Below are positions 29,079 to 39,595 of a stretch of DNA of 64,000 nt, one piece after another. Where the stretch lies: positions 139,625 to 203,624 of the IMG/VR virus record IMGVR_UViG_3300044856_000241; one strand, 5' to 3'. The notes beneath the pieces are model-generated. The model was given only the letters and a program-made list of their open reading frames with translations, did not search any database and was not told the DNA's origin. Origin of the DNA: a virus (taxonomy: Duplodnaviria > Caudoviricetes). Numbering within the stretch: position 1 is the first letter of the stretch; each line of letters starts with the position of its first letter. The position numbers and the translations under genes are program-made.

Positions 29079-29375
29079 CTCAGACCACCTCCTCTCGTTG
29101 AACGAAAAGTGATGTGTACGAGCCGGCACTTGCCATAAACGGCGACCGTAATTAATCTCTGTATGTTGCTCGTCTTACCATGGGTGCTGTAACACCCTGA
29201 ATCCTTTTGGGATTCTCGACCTCACTAAAAGAAAATAATACTATTTATATAGGTATTTGTCAATAGATAGTTTTTGGTGTGCTGCCACCATAATGCAGAA
29301 CTATATAACGGTGTCCCACTACCATAAAGGTGGATTATGTTTAGCCAGGATTTATACAGTTCTGGCTCTTTTTAT

Positions 29376-29457
29376 GCTGCATGTCCGGGTGGTGAGGAAG
29401 TGGTCTTGAAAACCATTGGCTGTTAAAGGCTTGCAAGTTCAAATCTTGTGTGCAGCG
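29376..29457 (+). tRNA. tRNA-Ser(TGA)
   Basis: GCTGCAT/GTGCAGC, CTTGAAA loop, long variable arm. Confidence 0.85.
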
Positions 29458-29465
29458 TTTTTCAT

Positions 29466-29548
29466 GCGGGAAGCCTGATGTCAAAAAGTAGATGTGCTCG
29501 GATGCATACAATGAGTACTACTCTGTGGGTTCATCACCTACTCCCGCC
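29466..29548 (+). ncRNA. tRNA-like RNA lacking normal D and anticodon arms
   Basis: GCGGGA/TCCCGC stem, T-arm GTGGG-TTCATCA-CCTAC, extended central stem. Confidence 0.5.
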
Positions 29549-29552
29549 CTAC

Positions 29553-29625
29553 GGCTCCGTGGTCTAGCGGTTACGACACATCCCTTTCAAGGATGTAATG
29601 CTGAGTTCGATTCTCGCCGGAGTCA
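29553..29625 (+). tRNA. tRNA-Glu(TTC)
   Basis: CATCC-CTTTCAA-GGATG; GTTCGATTC. Confidence 0.9.
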
Positions 29626-29671
29626 TTATATAAAATACGAAAATAAAACAACGAAAGGGGTGGAATAAAAA

Positions 29672-30415
29672 TTGGCATTATCGTTCAAAGATTCTATGAG
29701 AATGCAAAATGTGGAAAATATCTCTGCTGTTACTCTTGATAATGATGCAGCATTATATTCTTTACCAGAAGTATATACAGAAGACGAATTCCAAAAGAGT
29801 GATAAATATAAATGGTACGATGATTATAGTGATAACGACATCTGCACAATTGATTCACAGAAAAATATTCACATCAATTCAAATCAGATCAATATAACAC
29901 AAGAATCTAATTCTCAGTACATCCCATTTCAAATGCCTAGATATTACGACGGGATGGATTTAATGAAAATGGTTATTACAATCCATTATTGTACATCTCA
30001 AGGGTATGAAAATTATAAAGATCCTATTAATGTCTCATATAGTAGCGATACGATTAAATTTGGATGGCTTATTGATAAAAATGCTACGGCACACGAAGGT
30101 ATCTTACAGTTTGAAGTACATGCTACAGGTGTAAATTCGCACGAAGATGAATATCTATGGATCACAAAAATAAATAATCAATTAACAATTCTTAAATCTT
30201 TACATGGAAATGGTGTTACAGAGCCAGACCAATCATGGACTAACTCTTTTTTTGAACAAATTAACGAAAAGGTAGGTGAAGCGCAAAAATATGCAAAACA
30301 GGCAGAAACTGCTGCCACTACTGCGGCTGAAAAAGCAGCAAAAAAATTAAAAGACGAAATCGGTAATTCAACAATTATAAATATAGATTTAATTTCAGGT
30401 GGAAATTCTAAATAA
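29672..30415 (+). CDS. BppU-like fibre/baseplate anchoring protein
   Basis: ESNSQYIPFQMPRYYDGMDL...FGWLI...G.LQFEV pattern. Confidence 0.6.
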   Translation: MALSFKDSMRMQNVENISAVTLDNDAALYSLPEVYTEDEFQKSDKYKWYDDYSDNDICTIDSQKNIHINSNQINITQESNSQYIPFQMPRYYDGMDLMKMVITIHYCTSQGYENYKDPINVSYSSDTIKFGWLIDKNATAHEGILQFEVHATGVNSHEDEYLWITKINNQLTILKSLHGNGVTEPDQSWTNSFFEQINEKVGEAQKYAKQAETAATTAAEKAAKKLKDEIGNSTIINIDLISGGNSK

Positions 30416-30449
30416 ACAATAACTAAAGAAAGGAGGAAGAAACGGATCA

Positions 30450-31130
30450 ATGTATACTATTTTGATTAAATCAAATAATGAAATGATTGTAAGTACGCCA
30501 GAACAGAGAATTATGCAAAGAAGTAAACTTGTTGATACACTTCATTTTCTCACTGCGCCTACATATAACGGATTAGATATGTCTACTTGCACTTTATTAT
30601 TAGAATACAAACTTCCGGTAAGTCAAGAACCACACTCCGAAATTCTCACCCTTTCTAATGATTTATATAAAGAAAATCTCGAATACAAACTGCCATTAGA
30701 TACCTCTATAACAAAAGAGGCTGGAAGAGTCGAGATGCAAGTTACTTTTCTGAAAAATGAAATGAATTCAGATGGAAGTGTTTCTCAATATACAAGAAAA
30801 ATAAGTCCTTGTTTTGTAAATATTATTTCTGTTGCTGCATGGAGTAATATGGTGCCTGATGCTGAGTTAGCTGCTATTGATCAACGAATTCTTAAATTAG
30901 ATGCTATCGCAAATCAATTAAGTGAAATGCAAGATGTAACATTCGAAACAAAAGCAGACGACATTTCGTATGAAAACAATACAATTCAACTACTTGCAAA
31001 CGGCAAAAAGATTGGCACAAGCCATGTTCTTGATCAGCAAGAAGAAATGGATATTATTGAATTTGGGGATAATGGGGACGAAAATCCTGATAGTCCAAAT
31101 GATGATGACCATACATTAGTGGAATTCTAA
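30450..31130 (+). CDS. BppU-like structural protein
   Basis: YNGLDMS...ITKEAGRVEMQVTF; ends TLVEF. Confidence 0.55.
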   Translation: MYTILIKSNNEMIVSTPEQRIMQRSKLVDTLHFLTAPTYNGLDMSTCTLLLEYKLPVSQEPHSEILTLSNDLYKENLEYKLPLDTSITKEAGRVEMQVTFLKNEMNSDGSVSQYTRKISPCFVNIISVAAWSNMVPDAELAAIDQRILKLDAIANQLSEMQDVTFETKADDISYENNTIQLLANGKKIGTSHVLDQQEEMDIIEFGDNGDENPDSPNDDDHTLVEF

Positions 31131-31152
31131 ATTACGGAAAGGGCGAAAATAT

Positions 31153-33099
31153 ATGGCAAAGAAAAAGTATAAACTTGGTTGGGGAGAGGAAAATAAAATT
31201 ACTTCTGCTATCCAAAATGGTTTATTGGATGGCGGGGATCTTGTTATTACAAAAGACACTAAACGGATTGCATTTATTGATCCGAACGAAAATCTTGTTC
31301 ATTTTTTAAAAAACAGATTGATAACTTTTGATAATCTGGAAGATGCAAAATCTTATGCTAATACAAACAAAGATGCTTATGCCGGTGAATTAATATCTGT
31401 ATTAATTGGAGATAAACAAAAAACTTATCGGCTACAAAATGCTGAAACAGGATATTCTATTGAAGATATTGATTCTGCTATAGATAATTTAAAACAATAT
31501 GTACAGGTTGTTGACGTTTTCCCTGAAATCGGACAAGAAGAAGGAATTATTTATATATCTAATACAATTGGAAAAATATGGACAGGAACAGAATGGCGCA
31601 CAATATTTGAAGATATTACTCCAATTAAAGAAGAATTAGATAAAAAGGCTCCATTAAATAATCCTGAATTTTCTGGGATTATTAAAGTAGACGGTGAAGA
31701 GGTTGCTCTTAAATCATACGTAGAACAATTAGTTACAAACTTACCGTCTCAGATTCCCGGTACGGTAGATTCAAAAAATCAATTACCTGAATCAAATTAT
31801 AAAGCTGGTCAAACATGGCGTGTTGTTGAAGATGGTATATATGCAGGACAAACATGTGAGATTGGTGATTTAATTATTTGTGTAAATGATTGCGCAGGTA
31901 ATTATTCTGATGATGACTTTATTATTGTCCAGGCAAATATTTCTGGAGCAGTCACCGGAACAGACTCTTCTGCTGATGGAGAAATTGTTATTTTTTCTGG
32001 TGTATCCGGCAAGGCGATTAGAAACTCTGGTATTAATATTGATGTTGTTGAAGATTTAATATCAAAATCACATGAACATGCTAATAAAGAAATTCTGGAT
32101 ACGTACACAAAAACAGAAGAACAACTGTTGCAGGAAGCTGAAGATACAGTATATGCAGTATACGAAGATATTAGAAACAGATTAGTTCATACAGAGCCGT
32201 ATGTAGAAGGTAATTATTTATATGCAAATGGACATGGATTGATTATTGAAGCAGTAGACGAAAATACAAACAAAGCTATTTATTATCTAAGTGGACAAAA
32301 GAAAGAACTTACTTTTAAGACAGATGGTGTAATTATTGGTGGTGCAAAAGATGATAACTGTCACTCATCTTCTATCATTATGAATAGTGGTAACGTCGGA
32401 ATTATTCATGGCGGTTCGTTTGGTAATGGAGATGTTGCAGAGTCAAACATTGTAATTAATGGTGGAACAATCGAATGCATTTATGGTGGTGGACATCCAG
32501 AATTAAATATCCAGAAATATGCTAATCACACAGGATATGCGAAAATCATTGTAAATAATGTTTCTGGTACATGTCAAATTTTTGGTGGCGGATATAGTTA
32601 TGCTACAACTGGCTCTGCTGAAATTATTGTTAATAAAGGTAATTTTTCATATGTCACAGCTGGAGGTTCAAATGGATATACAGCAAATGGCTCGATTGAA
32701 ATTAATGACGGAATTATTCAGTGTGTGCAGTCTGTTAATCGTGGATCGATAGGTCATGCTGTAATAAAAATCAATGGTGGAACTTGTGCTGGATTATATG
32801 CAGGTGTAGAGCCTGGTGGTGAAGCAACTGGTTCTTTTGGACATACAGAACTATATCTTCTTGGTGGAGAAATTCAGAAATTAGCAAAAGGACTGAATAA
32901 TAATGTTGAAGATTATGACACAACAGAATGTGTGTCTGGTGAATATCGAGCATCTGTAGTAAGCCAGTCAGAAGCAGATGCAATCGGTTTAAAACTTACG
33001 TCTGAAATCACTCGTACTGATATTGATTATGCAAAAGACCAGGCAATTGCAGAAGCAAAAACATATATAAACTCCTCTCTCACTTTAGTTGAATTTTAA
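31153..33099 (+). CDS. fibre/adhesin protein with Gly-rich beta-helix-like C-terminus
   Basis: IxGG repeats; KAPLNNPEFSG; ends TLVEF. Confidence 0.65.
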   Translation: MAKKKYKLGWGEENKITSAIQNGLLDGGDLVITKDTKRIAFIDPNENLVHFLKNRLITFDNLEDAKSYANTNKDAYAGELISVLIGDKQKTYRLQNAETGYSIEDIDSAIDNLKQYVQVVDVFPEIGQEEGIIYISNTIGKIWTGTEWRTIFEDITPIKEELDKKAPLNNPEFSGIIKVDGEEVALKSYVEQLVTNLPSQIPGTVDSKNQLPESNYKAGQTWRVVEDGIYAGQTCEIGDLIICVNDCAGNYSDDDFIIVQANISGAVTGTDSSADGEIVIFSGVSGKAIRNSGINIDVVEDLISKSHEHANKEILDTYTKTEEQLLQEAEDTVYAVYEDIRNRLVHTEPYVEGNYLYANGHGLIIEAVDENTNKAIYYLSGQKKELTFKTDGVIIGGAKDDNCHSSSIIMNSGNVGIIHGGSFGNGDVAESNIVINGGTIECIYGGGHPELNIQKYANHTGYAKIIVNNVSGTCQIFGGGYSYATTGSAEIIVNKGNFSYVTAGGSNGYTANGSIEINDGIIQCVQSVNRGSIGHAVIKINGGTCAGLYAGVEPGGEATGSFGHTELYLLGGEIQKLAKGLNNNVEDYDTTECVSGEYRASVVSQSEADAIGLKLTSEITRTDIDYAKDQAIAEAKTYINSSLTLVEF

Positions 33100-33112
33100 C
33101 GGGGTGGACATA

Positions 33113-33565
33113 ATGGAAAACAAAATTATTTCAGTGATTGGTACAGTGTCTAGTAGACTTCCTGACTTACCAATCAAAGATGGACAAATTGTATTTGTTA
33201 AAGATAAAAAGAAAGTTGCTCTTGACCTTGACGGGAAAAGAACTTTTTACAATGAAATTGTCACATTTGATAATGACAATGAACGATTAGATTTATTGGC
33301 ACCCATTAATGGGTGTTTTTATTTTGTCGTAAAAACTGCTGTGCTTTGGACTTATCAAAATAAATGGATTCAGGTTACTACTTCACCGGAAGAAGTTGTA
33401 TTTTTTGGTACAGAAATCCCTGAGTTGGGCAAAGCAAATATTCTATATGTAAATAAAAATAAAAAAAATATATCTGTTTGGGACAATGATACGAATTCCT
33501 ATGTTGTTGTAGGTGAAGCTGTTGATTTGGTCACAAATGATGATATAGATAAATTTTTTAAGTAA
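33113..33565 (+). CDS. fibre-associated protein
   Basis: context; ends TNDDIDKFFK. Confidence 0.6.
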   Translation: MENKIISVIGTVSSRLPDLPIKDGQIVFVKDKKKVALDLDGKRTFYNEIVTFDNDNERLDLLAPINGCFYFVVKTAVLWTYQNKWIQVTTSPEEVVFFGTEIPELGKANILYVNKNKKNISVWDNDTNSYVVVGEAVDLVTNDDIDKFFK

Positions 33566-33577
33566 AGGAGAAAAATA

Positions 33578-34675
33578 ATGGCTGAAACAATTAAAAAATA
33601 TGTTGATCAGGCGGCACTTGAACATCTTATTGAGAAATTAGGGGTGCGTGAGGATACAAAAGATGCTGAAATTCTTAAACAGGGCAAGGCATATTCTGAT
33701 TCTCTCGCAACAAACTACGATCCGGCTGGGACTGCTGAGACAAAAGTAAATGATCTCGCTAATGGTCAGGTAAAAACAAATACAGATGCCATCACAAAAT
33801 TAAATGGTGGTACAGATGTTGAAGGTTCTGTAGATAAGAAAGTTGCTGATATGGCAACAACTATCCGCGGAGAAATTACAGCAAATAAGTATGATGACTC
33901 TGCTTTAAAAGCTCGTGTAAGTGCTAACGAGACAGCTATCGGTGTTCTTAATGGAGAAGGCGTTGGTTCTGTTAAGAAAACTGTTGCAGATGCTGTTGCA
34001 GCAATTGTTAATGAAGCACCAGAAGCATATGACACATTAAAAGAGATTAGTGATTGGATTTCCGGACATGAAACAGATGCTGCTGGAATGAACAGTTCTA
34101 TCAAAGCTAATAAAGCTTCTATTGATGCATTAACCACATTAGTTGGTAAACTGCCAGAGGGAGAAGACAGTAAAACTATTGTTGATTACATTGACAAAAA
34201 AGTTGGTTCTGTAGACTTCTCTGAGGCAATTGCCACAGCTAAAAAAGAAGCAACTGAAGCAGCTGCTTTAGATGCTACAACAAAAGCAAACAAGGCTTTG
34301 AGCGATGCAAAGACATATGCTGATGGTCTTGCAAAAAATTATGCTACAGCAGCACAGGGAGCAAAAGCTGATTCTGCTGTACAGAAAGCTGACGTAGAAA
34401 GCGGCAAAACAAACGGTACTATCAAAGTACAGGATAAAGAAGTTGCCGTAAAAGGTCTTGGTTCTGCAGCATTTACTGCTACTACTGAATACGAAAAGGC
34501 TGGAGCTGTTGCTGCTCTTGAAGCAGGACAGGTTGCAACAAATAAAACTAATATTGCTGCAAACACAACAGAAATTACAAATGCAAAAGCAAGAATTCAG
34601 GCACTCGAAGATATCAAATTTGTTGCTATGACAAATGAAGAAATCGATGCTTGTTTTGCACCTAAAGCTGAGTAA
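33578..34675 (+). CDS. Ala-rich coiled-coil fibre protein
   Basis: APEAYDTLKEISDWI motif; ends TNEEIDACF. Confidence 0.7.
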   Translation: MAETIKKYVDQAALEHLIEKLGVREDTKDAEILKQGKAYSDSLATNYDPAGTAETKVNDLANGQVKTNTDAITKLNGGTDVEGSVDKKVADMATTIRGEITANKYDDSALKARVSANETAIGVLNGEGVGSVKKTVADAVAAIVNEAPEAYDTLKEISDWISGHETDAAGMNSSIKANKASIDALTTLVGKLPEGEDSKTIVDYIDKKVGSVDFSEAIATAKKEATEAAALDATTKANKALSDAKTYADGLAKNYATAAQGAKADSAVQKADVESGKTNGTIKVQDKEVAVKGLGSAAFTATTEYEKAGAVAALEAGQVATNKTNIAANTTEITNAKARIQALEDIKFVAMTNEEIDACFAPKAE

Positions 34676-34734
34676 TATATATTTATGTATTAGCGGTGTA
34701 AAACCACCGTTAATACATTTTGGAGGGCAATTTA

Positions 34735-35052
34735 GTGGAAAGAAAATATCTTGATTTAGAAGGTCTTGAAAGGCTTGTTGAAAATAGCAAAGATTTATTT
34801 TCAAATAAAAAACATACACATATTACCTCCGATATATCTGGTTTAAATGATATTTTAGATTCATTGATAGAAAGACAGTCATATGCAGGTATCATTAATT
34901 TTCCGAATGTCGGGAAGCCTGGAAATATATATATAGACACTCTAGCAAATAAATCATATCGATGGGATGATACTGATCTTAAATATTATTGTATTGGTAG
35001 TAATTATAATGATATTAATTTAATTATATGTGGAGACTCTACAGACTTGTAG
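34735..35052 (+). CDS. small fibre connector protein
   Basis: KYLDLEGL, HTHITSDISGL, FPNVGKPGNIYID. Confidence 0.6.
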   Translation: MERKYLDLEGLERLVENSKDLFSNKKHTHITSDISGLNDILDSLIERQSYAGIINFPNVGKPGNIYIDTLANKSYRWDDTDLKYYCIGSNYNDINLIICGDSTDL

Positions 35053-35075
35053 AGTCTTTTTTAATTGGAGGAATT

Positions 35076-36581
35076 ATGGCAAATAATACTTTAAATACAC
35101 GTATCATTCTTTGTAATGATACAAGTACAAACTGGGGTTCATCAACTAAAGTTCTGTTAAAAGGAGAACTTGGTATTGAGTTAGCAAATGATGCTGCCCC
35201 AAAATTTAAAATTGGTGATGGTGTCAATGTTTATAAAGATTTAGATTATGTAACAATGACACCGGCAGAAATTAGCACTGCAATTAATACAGCAGTAACA
35301 AATGCAAAACATACGCATAGTAATAAGGACATCCTTGATGCTATTACGGCTTCATTCACAAAAGAATTAAAAGCAAATTATGACAAAGCTTATACACATT
35401 CACAGTCTGCTCACGCGCCAAGTAATGCTCAGGCAAACGTAATTGAGAGTGTAAAAGTAAATGGTTCAGCTCTCACACCATCTAGTAAAGCTGTAAATAT
35501 TACTGTACCAACAAAAGTAAGTGATCTTACAAATGATAAAGGATATATTTCTTCTTATACTAATACAACATATTCTTTAGGTGCTACTGCAAGTGCTACT
35601 AATGGTAATGTAAAAGTAAATCTTACAGGAAGTGACAGCAGCGAAAAATCTGTAACAATCAAAGGTAGCGGTGCAACAACGGTTACAACAGGTTCAGATG
35701 GCGTGATTACTGTTGCATCAACGAATACTGTGTATTCTCACCCAAGTTCCGGAGTAACCGCTGGTACATATAAGTCTGTTACTGTAAATGCACAAGGACA
35801 TGTAACTTCTGGCAGTAATCCTACAACACTTTCAGGATATGGAATCAGTGATGCTTATACAAAAACTCAGACAGATACAGCAATAACAACTGCAATCGGT
35901 AAAGCAGGGCATTTAAAACGTGAAATTGTGTCGGCATTACCAAGTGTAAATTCTGCTGATACAAATACGATATATATGGTTCCGAAAGCATCTGGAGCAA
36001 CAGGATCTTCTGATACTAACGGATATGATGAATATATGCTGGTAGTAAGTGGAGATATAAAAAAATTTGAAAAAATAGGTGATTCTGCGGTAGACCTTAC
36101 AAATTATGCAACAAAATCATATGCAAATTCTGCTGCTAGTACAGCTGTATCTAACGCTGCTAAGAATTATGCAACTTCGGCTCAGGGAGCTAAAGCAGAT
36201 ACTGCTGTTCAGTCTGTAAAAATTGGAACAACAGAATATAAATCTGGAACAACGGTTACACTTCCAGCTTACCCTACTACCCTGCCAGCTTCTGATGTAT
36301 ATGCTTGGGCAAAGGCAAGTAGCAAACCAACTTATACTAAAAGTGAAGTTGGTTTAGGTAACGTAGATAATACAGCAGACGCTAACAAGTCTGTTAAATA
36401 TGCAACAAGTGCAGGATCTGCAACTTCTGCTACTACTGCAAGTAAATTAGGAACAAATGCAGGATCTTCTACACATCCTGTTTATTTCTCAAATGGTGTT
36501 CCTGTTGCATGTAATGTCTCCACCGACTATTTTACACAGGGTTCTAATACTCTCGTACTTGATGGTGGCGGAGCAGCTTAA
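35076..36581 (+). CDS. tail fibre protein with Mtd/hyaluronidase-type N-terminal domain
   Basis: DTSTNW...LLKGELGIE...FKIGDG; GLGNVDNTAD repeat. Confidence 0.8.
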   Translation: MANNTLNTRIILCNDTSTNWGSSTKVLLKGELGIELANDAAPKFKIGDGVNVYKDLDYVTMTPAEISTAINTAVTNAKHTHSNKDILDAITASFTKELKANYDKAYTHSQSAHAPSNAQANVIESVKVNGSALTPSSKAVNITVPTKVSDLTNDKGYISSYTNTTYSLGATASATNGNVKVNLTGSDSSEKSVTIKGSGATTVTTGSDGVITVASTNTVYSHPSSGVTAGTYKSVTVNAQGHVTSGSNPTTLSGYGISDAYTKTQTDTAITTAIGKAGHLKREIVSALPSVNSADTNTIYMVPKASGATGSSDTNGYDEYMLVVSGDIKKFEKIGDSAVDLTNYATKSYANSAASTAVSNAAKNYATSAQGAKADTAVQSVKIGTTEYKSGTTVTLPAYPTTLPASDVYAWAKASSKPTYTKSEVGLGNVDNTADANKSVKYATSAGSATSATTASKLGTNAGSSTHPVYFSNGVPVACNVSTDYFTQGSNTLVLDGGGAA

Positions 36582-36682
36582 CGAACTTTATTTATATAAT
36601 GAGAATATTTCTGCGTATTCATTTGTTGAGCGATTATGTGATGAATACGCAGAACTCATTTTAATAAAGGAGGAATTTTTGA

Positions 36683-39553
36683 ATGGCTGATAAAACTATT
36701 AATGTTAGACACGTTCAAAAACATGATACAGAAAATAACTGGACTTCGAAAAATCCTGTATTATTAGCTGGCGAAATGGCTTTTACTACAGATGGAACGA
36801 ATGCTGGAAAATATAAATTAGGTGATGGTACTTCCAAATGGTCTGCTCTTTCTTATGCAAAAGCAAAATTGGAGAAATCTGATGTAACTGGGGCATTAGG
36901 ATACACACCGCCTACAACAAATACTACATATTCGACTGGAACATCGTCTACATCTGGATTAACAAAATTATATACAAGTACAGGTAGCGCAACAGACGGA
37001 ACTATGACACAAGCTGCGATTAACACTGCTCTCTCTGGTAAAGCACCTAGTGGTCATACACACACAAAATCTCAGATTACTGATTTTCCGACTTCTTTAC
37101 CTGCCAATGGTGGAAATGCATCTACTGCTAACAAGTTAACAACAGCTAGAAGTATTTCACTTGGAAGTGGTGCTTCTGGCTCTGTAAATTTTGATGGATC
37201 TGACAATGTTACACTTCCAGTAACTTCTATGAAAGAAGCATATTTAACATGGGGTGGTAAAAACTTTGACGGATCCTATGGTTGTATTGATGCCGCTATG
37301 ATTCCAGATTTAGGTGCTAATAGATTAGCCTTTGGTAGTGGTGACGGCATTACAATTGAATATTCCAGAGATAGTGGGGCTACTTGGACAAGTTGTAATC
37401 TTTCATCAACAAATCGTGGTTTAATGTTATCTACCGGATATTCGGTATCAATAGGTATGGCAGATAGTACAAATAAAGCAACCGCCGCTTATATGTTAAG
37501 AGTGACGCTTGATACAGATAAAATTCCTGTATATACAGTATTAAACAAATTTGCTATATATGTATCTACAAATGGATCTGGTGGATGTTATTGTTCCATT
37601 GACGCTTCACTAGAGTCAACACCTACAACATGGGTTAATTTTGCTAGTAAAGTAAACATTTCTGGTTGGTCTGGTTGGAATATTATTAATACAAATAATA
37701 TAACAACTTATGGAAATTCAAAAGCTACTCAGTATGGATTAATTCGGTTTACATTTGGGTGTACAAGTGGCAGTACAACTTATAGCGGATTACAAATTAA
37801 TCGTATTATGGGATTTGGTGGCGTTGGTTGGTCAACTCCGTCTAATATGGCTAATAATGGTCATCTTTATTCATATGATGGTGTAGGAAATGTAACTTTT
37901 CCGGCAAAGGTAACTGCAAACGCATTTATTGGTCAGTTATCTGGTAATGCAAATACTGCTACCGCTCTTACTTCTTCCGCAGGTTCTGCAACTCAACCTG
38001 TATATTTTACGGGAGGTAAACCTACCGCTTGCACATATACATTAGGCAAAAGTGTACCTTCTAATGCGGTATTCACAGATACAGATACATGGAGACCATT
38101 AGGTACTACAGCTGATACCGCTTGTGCTGGTAATGATTCGAGACTATCAGACGCAAGACCTGCAAGTGACGTATCTGCATGGGCTAAAGCAAGTAGTAAA
38201 CCAAGTTATAGTAAATCCGAAATCGGTTTGGGTAATGTTGATAACACTGCTGATAGTGCCAAATCTGTTAAATACGCTACATCAGCTGGTTCTGCAAGTA
38301 GTGCAACAACTGCAACAAAGTTATCAACAAGTGCTGGTTCTTCTACACAGCCGATATACTTCTCCAATGGAACACCTACTGCTTGTAGTTATACTCTTGG
38401 AAAATCAGTGCCAAGTAATGCCGTATTTACAGATACAACATACACAGTCGCAACAACTTCAAAAGACGGTTTGATGAGTTCTGCTGATAAAACAACTTTA
38501 AATTCTGTTGTTTCAAGAATGAAACGGAATGTATTTGTAATCACAGATTCTTACGGTGTATACAAAAGTAATTCTGATCCATCTGGCGATCCAATGGTAT
38601 TCCCAAGTTATTTTACAAAAGTGTTTAATTTTATGGGATTTGTTGCTCATCATGGTGGAAATTTTAATGCTGGTGCAAGTAATTCTGCTGATTTTGCAGC
38701 AATTTATAAAAATGAAGCAAAACCAAAAATTACTGCGGAATTAACTGACTTGATTATTGTTGGCGGATTTAATGATCGTGAAGCTGAACCAAGTGCAATT
38801 CACGCAGGAATTAAACGTCTCTATGATGCAGTAATTAAAGATTATCCAAATTGTAAAATTTCAATTGGTCACTTTGGATGGTCTAGTACACCAGATTCTA
38901 AAGTTCGTGATAGTATGCTTACGCACTCACTTGTTGCATACAGAGCTTGTACGACCGACGGATGTGCATATATGCCAAATAGTGAGTATACCATGCACAA
39001 TTATTCGTTATTCACAACAGATAACGTGCATCCAAACACAAATGGAAAAGCTGAAATTGTAAAACAAATTTTTGAATATCTGTGTACAGGGACATGTGAT
39101 GTACATTATCCTTACAGATTAATCACAATACCGGCAACCGGAAATATAACAACAACGTATCAAGTTGGATTTAAATTGGATAATAATATTGTTACAATGT
39201 TTTTACCAAATACATCATTAGCATTTAAGAATTATCCACCAATGGGTGCAAATGCATTATCTCAATTTATGTGTATTGCAAGTATTGGAAGTAGAGATAC
39301 TTGTGGATATGCGATGGGTATGTGTGATGATAAATATCATGTACAAAAAAGTCTTCCAATAAAAGGTTATTTTACTTGTTCTGATGGCACATTTAGACCT
39401 CTTGATTCTTGTGATTTTTATTTACAAGGCGGATTTATCATGTGTAGAGCTAACATTTTGGCAAGCCCAACTTCTGCATATTTACCAGACTTTTATGCAA
39501 CAGGTTTCCAGATAAGAGGATGTGTAATTCAACTTACATGTGACCAATGTTAA
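36683..39553 (+). CDS. tail fibre/receptor-binding protein with Mtd-type N-terminus and SGNH hydrolase domain
   Basis: LLAGEMAF...YKLGDG; ITDSYG, GGFNDR, DNVHPN. Confidence 0.8.
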   Translation: MADKTINVRHVQKHDTENNWTSKNPVLLAGEMAFTTDGTNAGKYKLGDGTSKWSALSYAKAKLEKSDVTGALGYTPPTTNTTYSTGTSSTSGLTKLYTSTGSATDGTMTQAAINTALSGKAPSGHTHTKSQITDFPTSLPANGGNASTANKLTTARSISLGSGASGSVNFDGSDNVTLPVTSMKEAYLTWGGKNFDGSYGCIDAAMIPDLGANRLAFGSGDGITIEYSRDSGATWTSCNLSSTNRGLMLSTGYSVSIGMADSTNKATAAYMLRVTLDTDKIPVYTVLNKFAIYVSTNGSGGCYCSIDASLESTPTTWVNFASKVNISGWSGWNIINTNNITTYGNSKATQYGLIRFTFGCTSGSTTYSGLQINRIMGFGGVGWSTPSNMANNGHLYSYDGVGNVTFPAKVTANAFIGQLSGNANTATALTSSAGSATQPVYFTGGKPTACTYTLGKSVPSNAVFTDTDTWRPLGTTADTACAGNDSRLSDARPASDVSAWAKASSKPSYSKSEIGLGNVDNTADSAKSVKYATSAGSASSATTATKLSTSAGSSTQPIYFSNGTPTACSYTLGKSVPSNAVFTDTTYTVATTSKDGLMSSADKTTLNSVVSRMKRNVFVITDSYGVYKSNSDPSGDPMVFPSYFTKVFNFMGFVAHHGGNFNAGASNSADFAAIYKNEAKPKITAELTDLIIVGGFNDREAEPSAIHAGIKRLYDAVIKDYPNCKISIGHFGWSSTPDSKVRDSMLTHSLVAYRACTTDGCAYMPNSEYTMHNYSLFTTDNVHPNTNGKAEIVKQIFEYLCTGTCDVHYPYRLITIPATGNITTTYQVGFKLDNNIVTMFLPNTSLAFKNYPPMGANALSQFMCIASIGSRDTCGYAMGMCDDKYHVQKSLPIKGYFTCSDGTFRPLDSCDFYLQGGFIMCRANILASPTSAYLPDFYATGFQIRGCVIQLTCDQC

Positions 39554-39595
39554 AAATAAAATTTGCGATATTGTATTATTGACTTGGAGGACTTT

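Noticed and set aside
29376-29457. Suppressor tRNA or stop-codon recoding
   Set aside because: Anticodon TGA reads UCA (Ser); genes end normally at TAA, TAG and TGA
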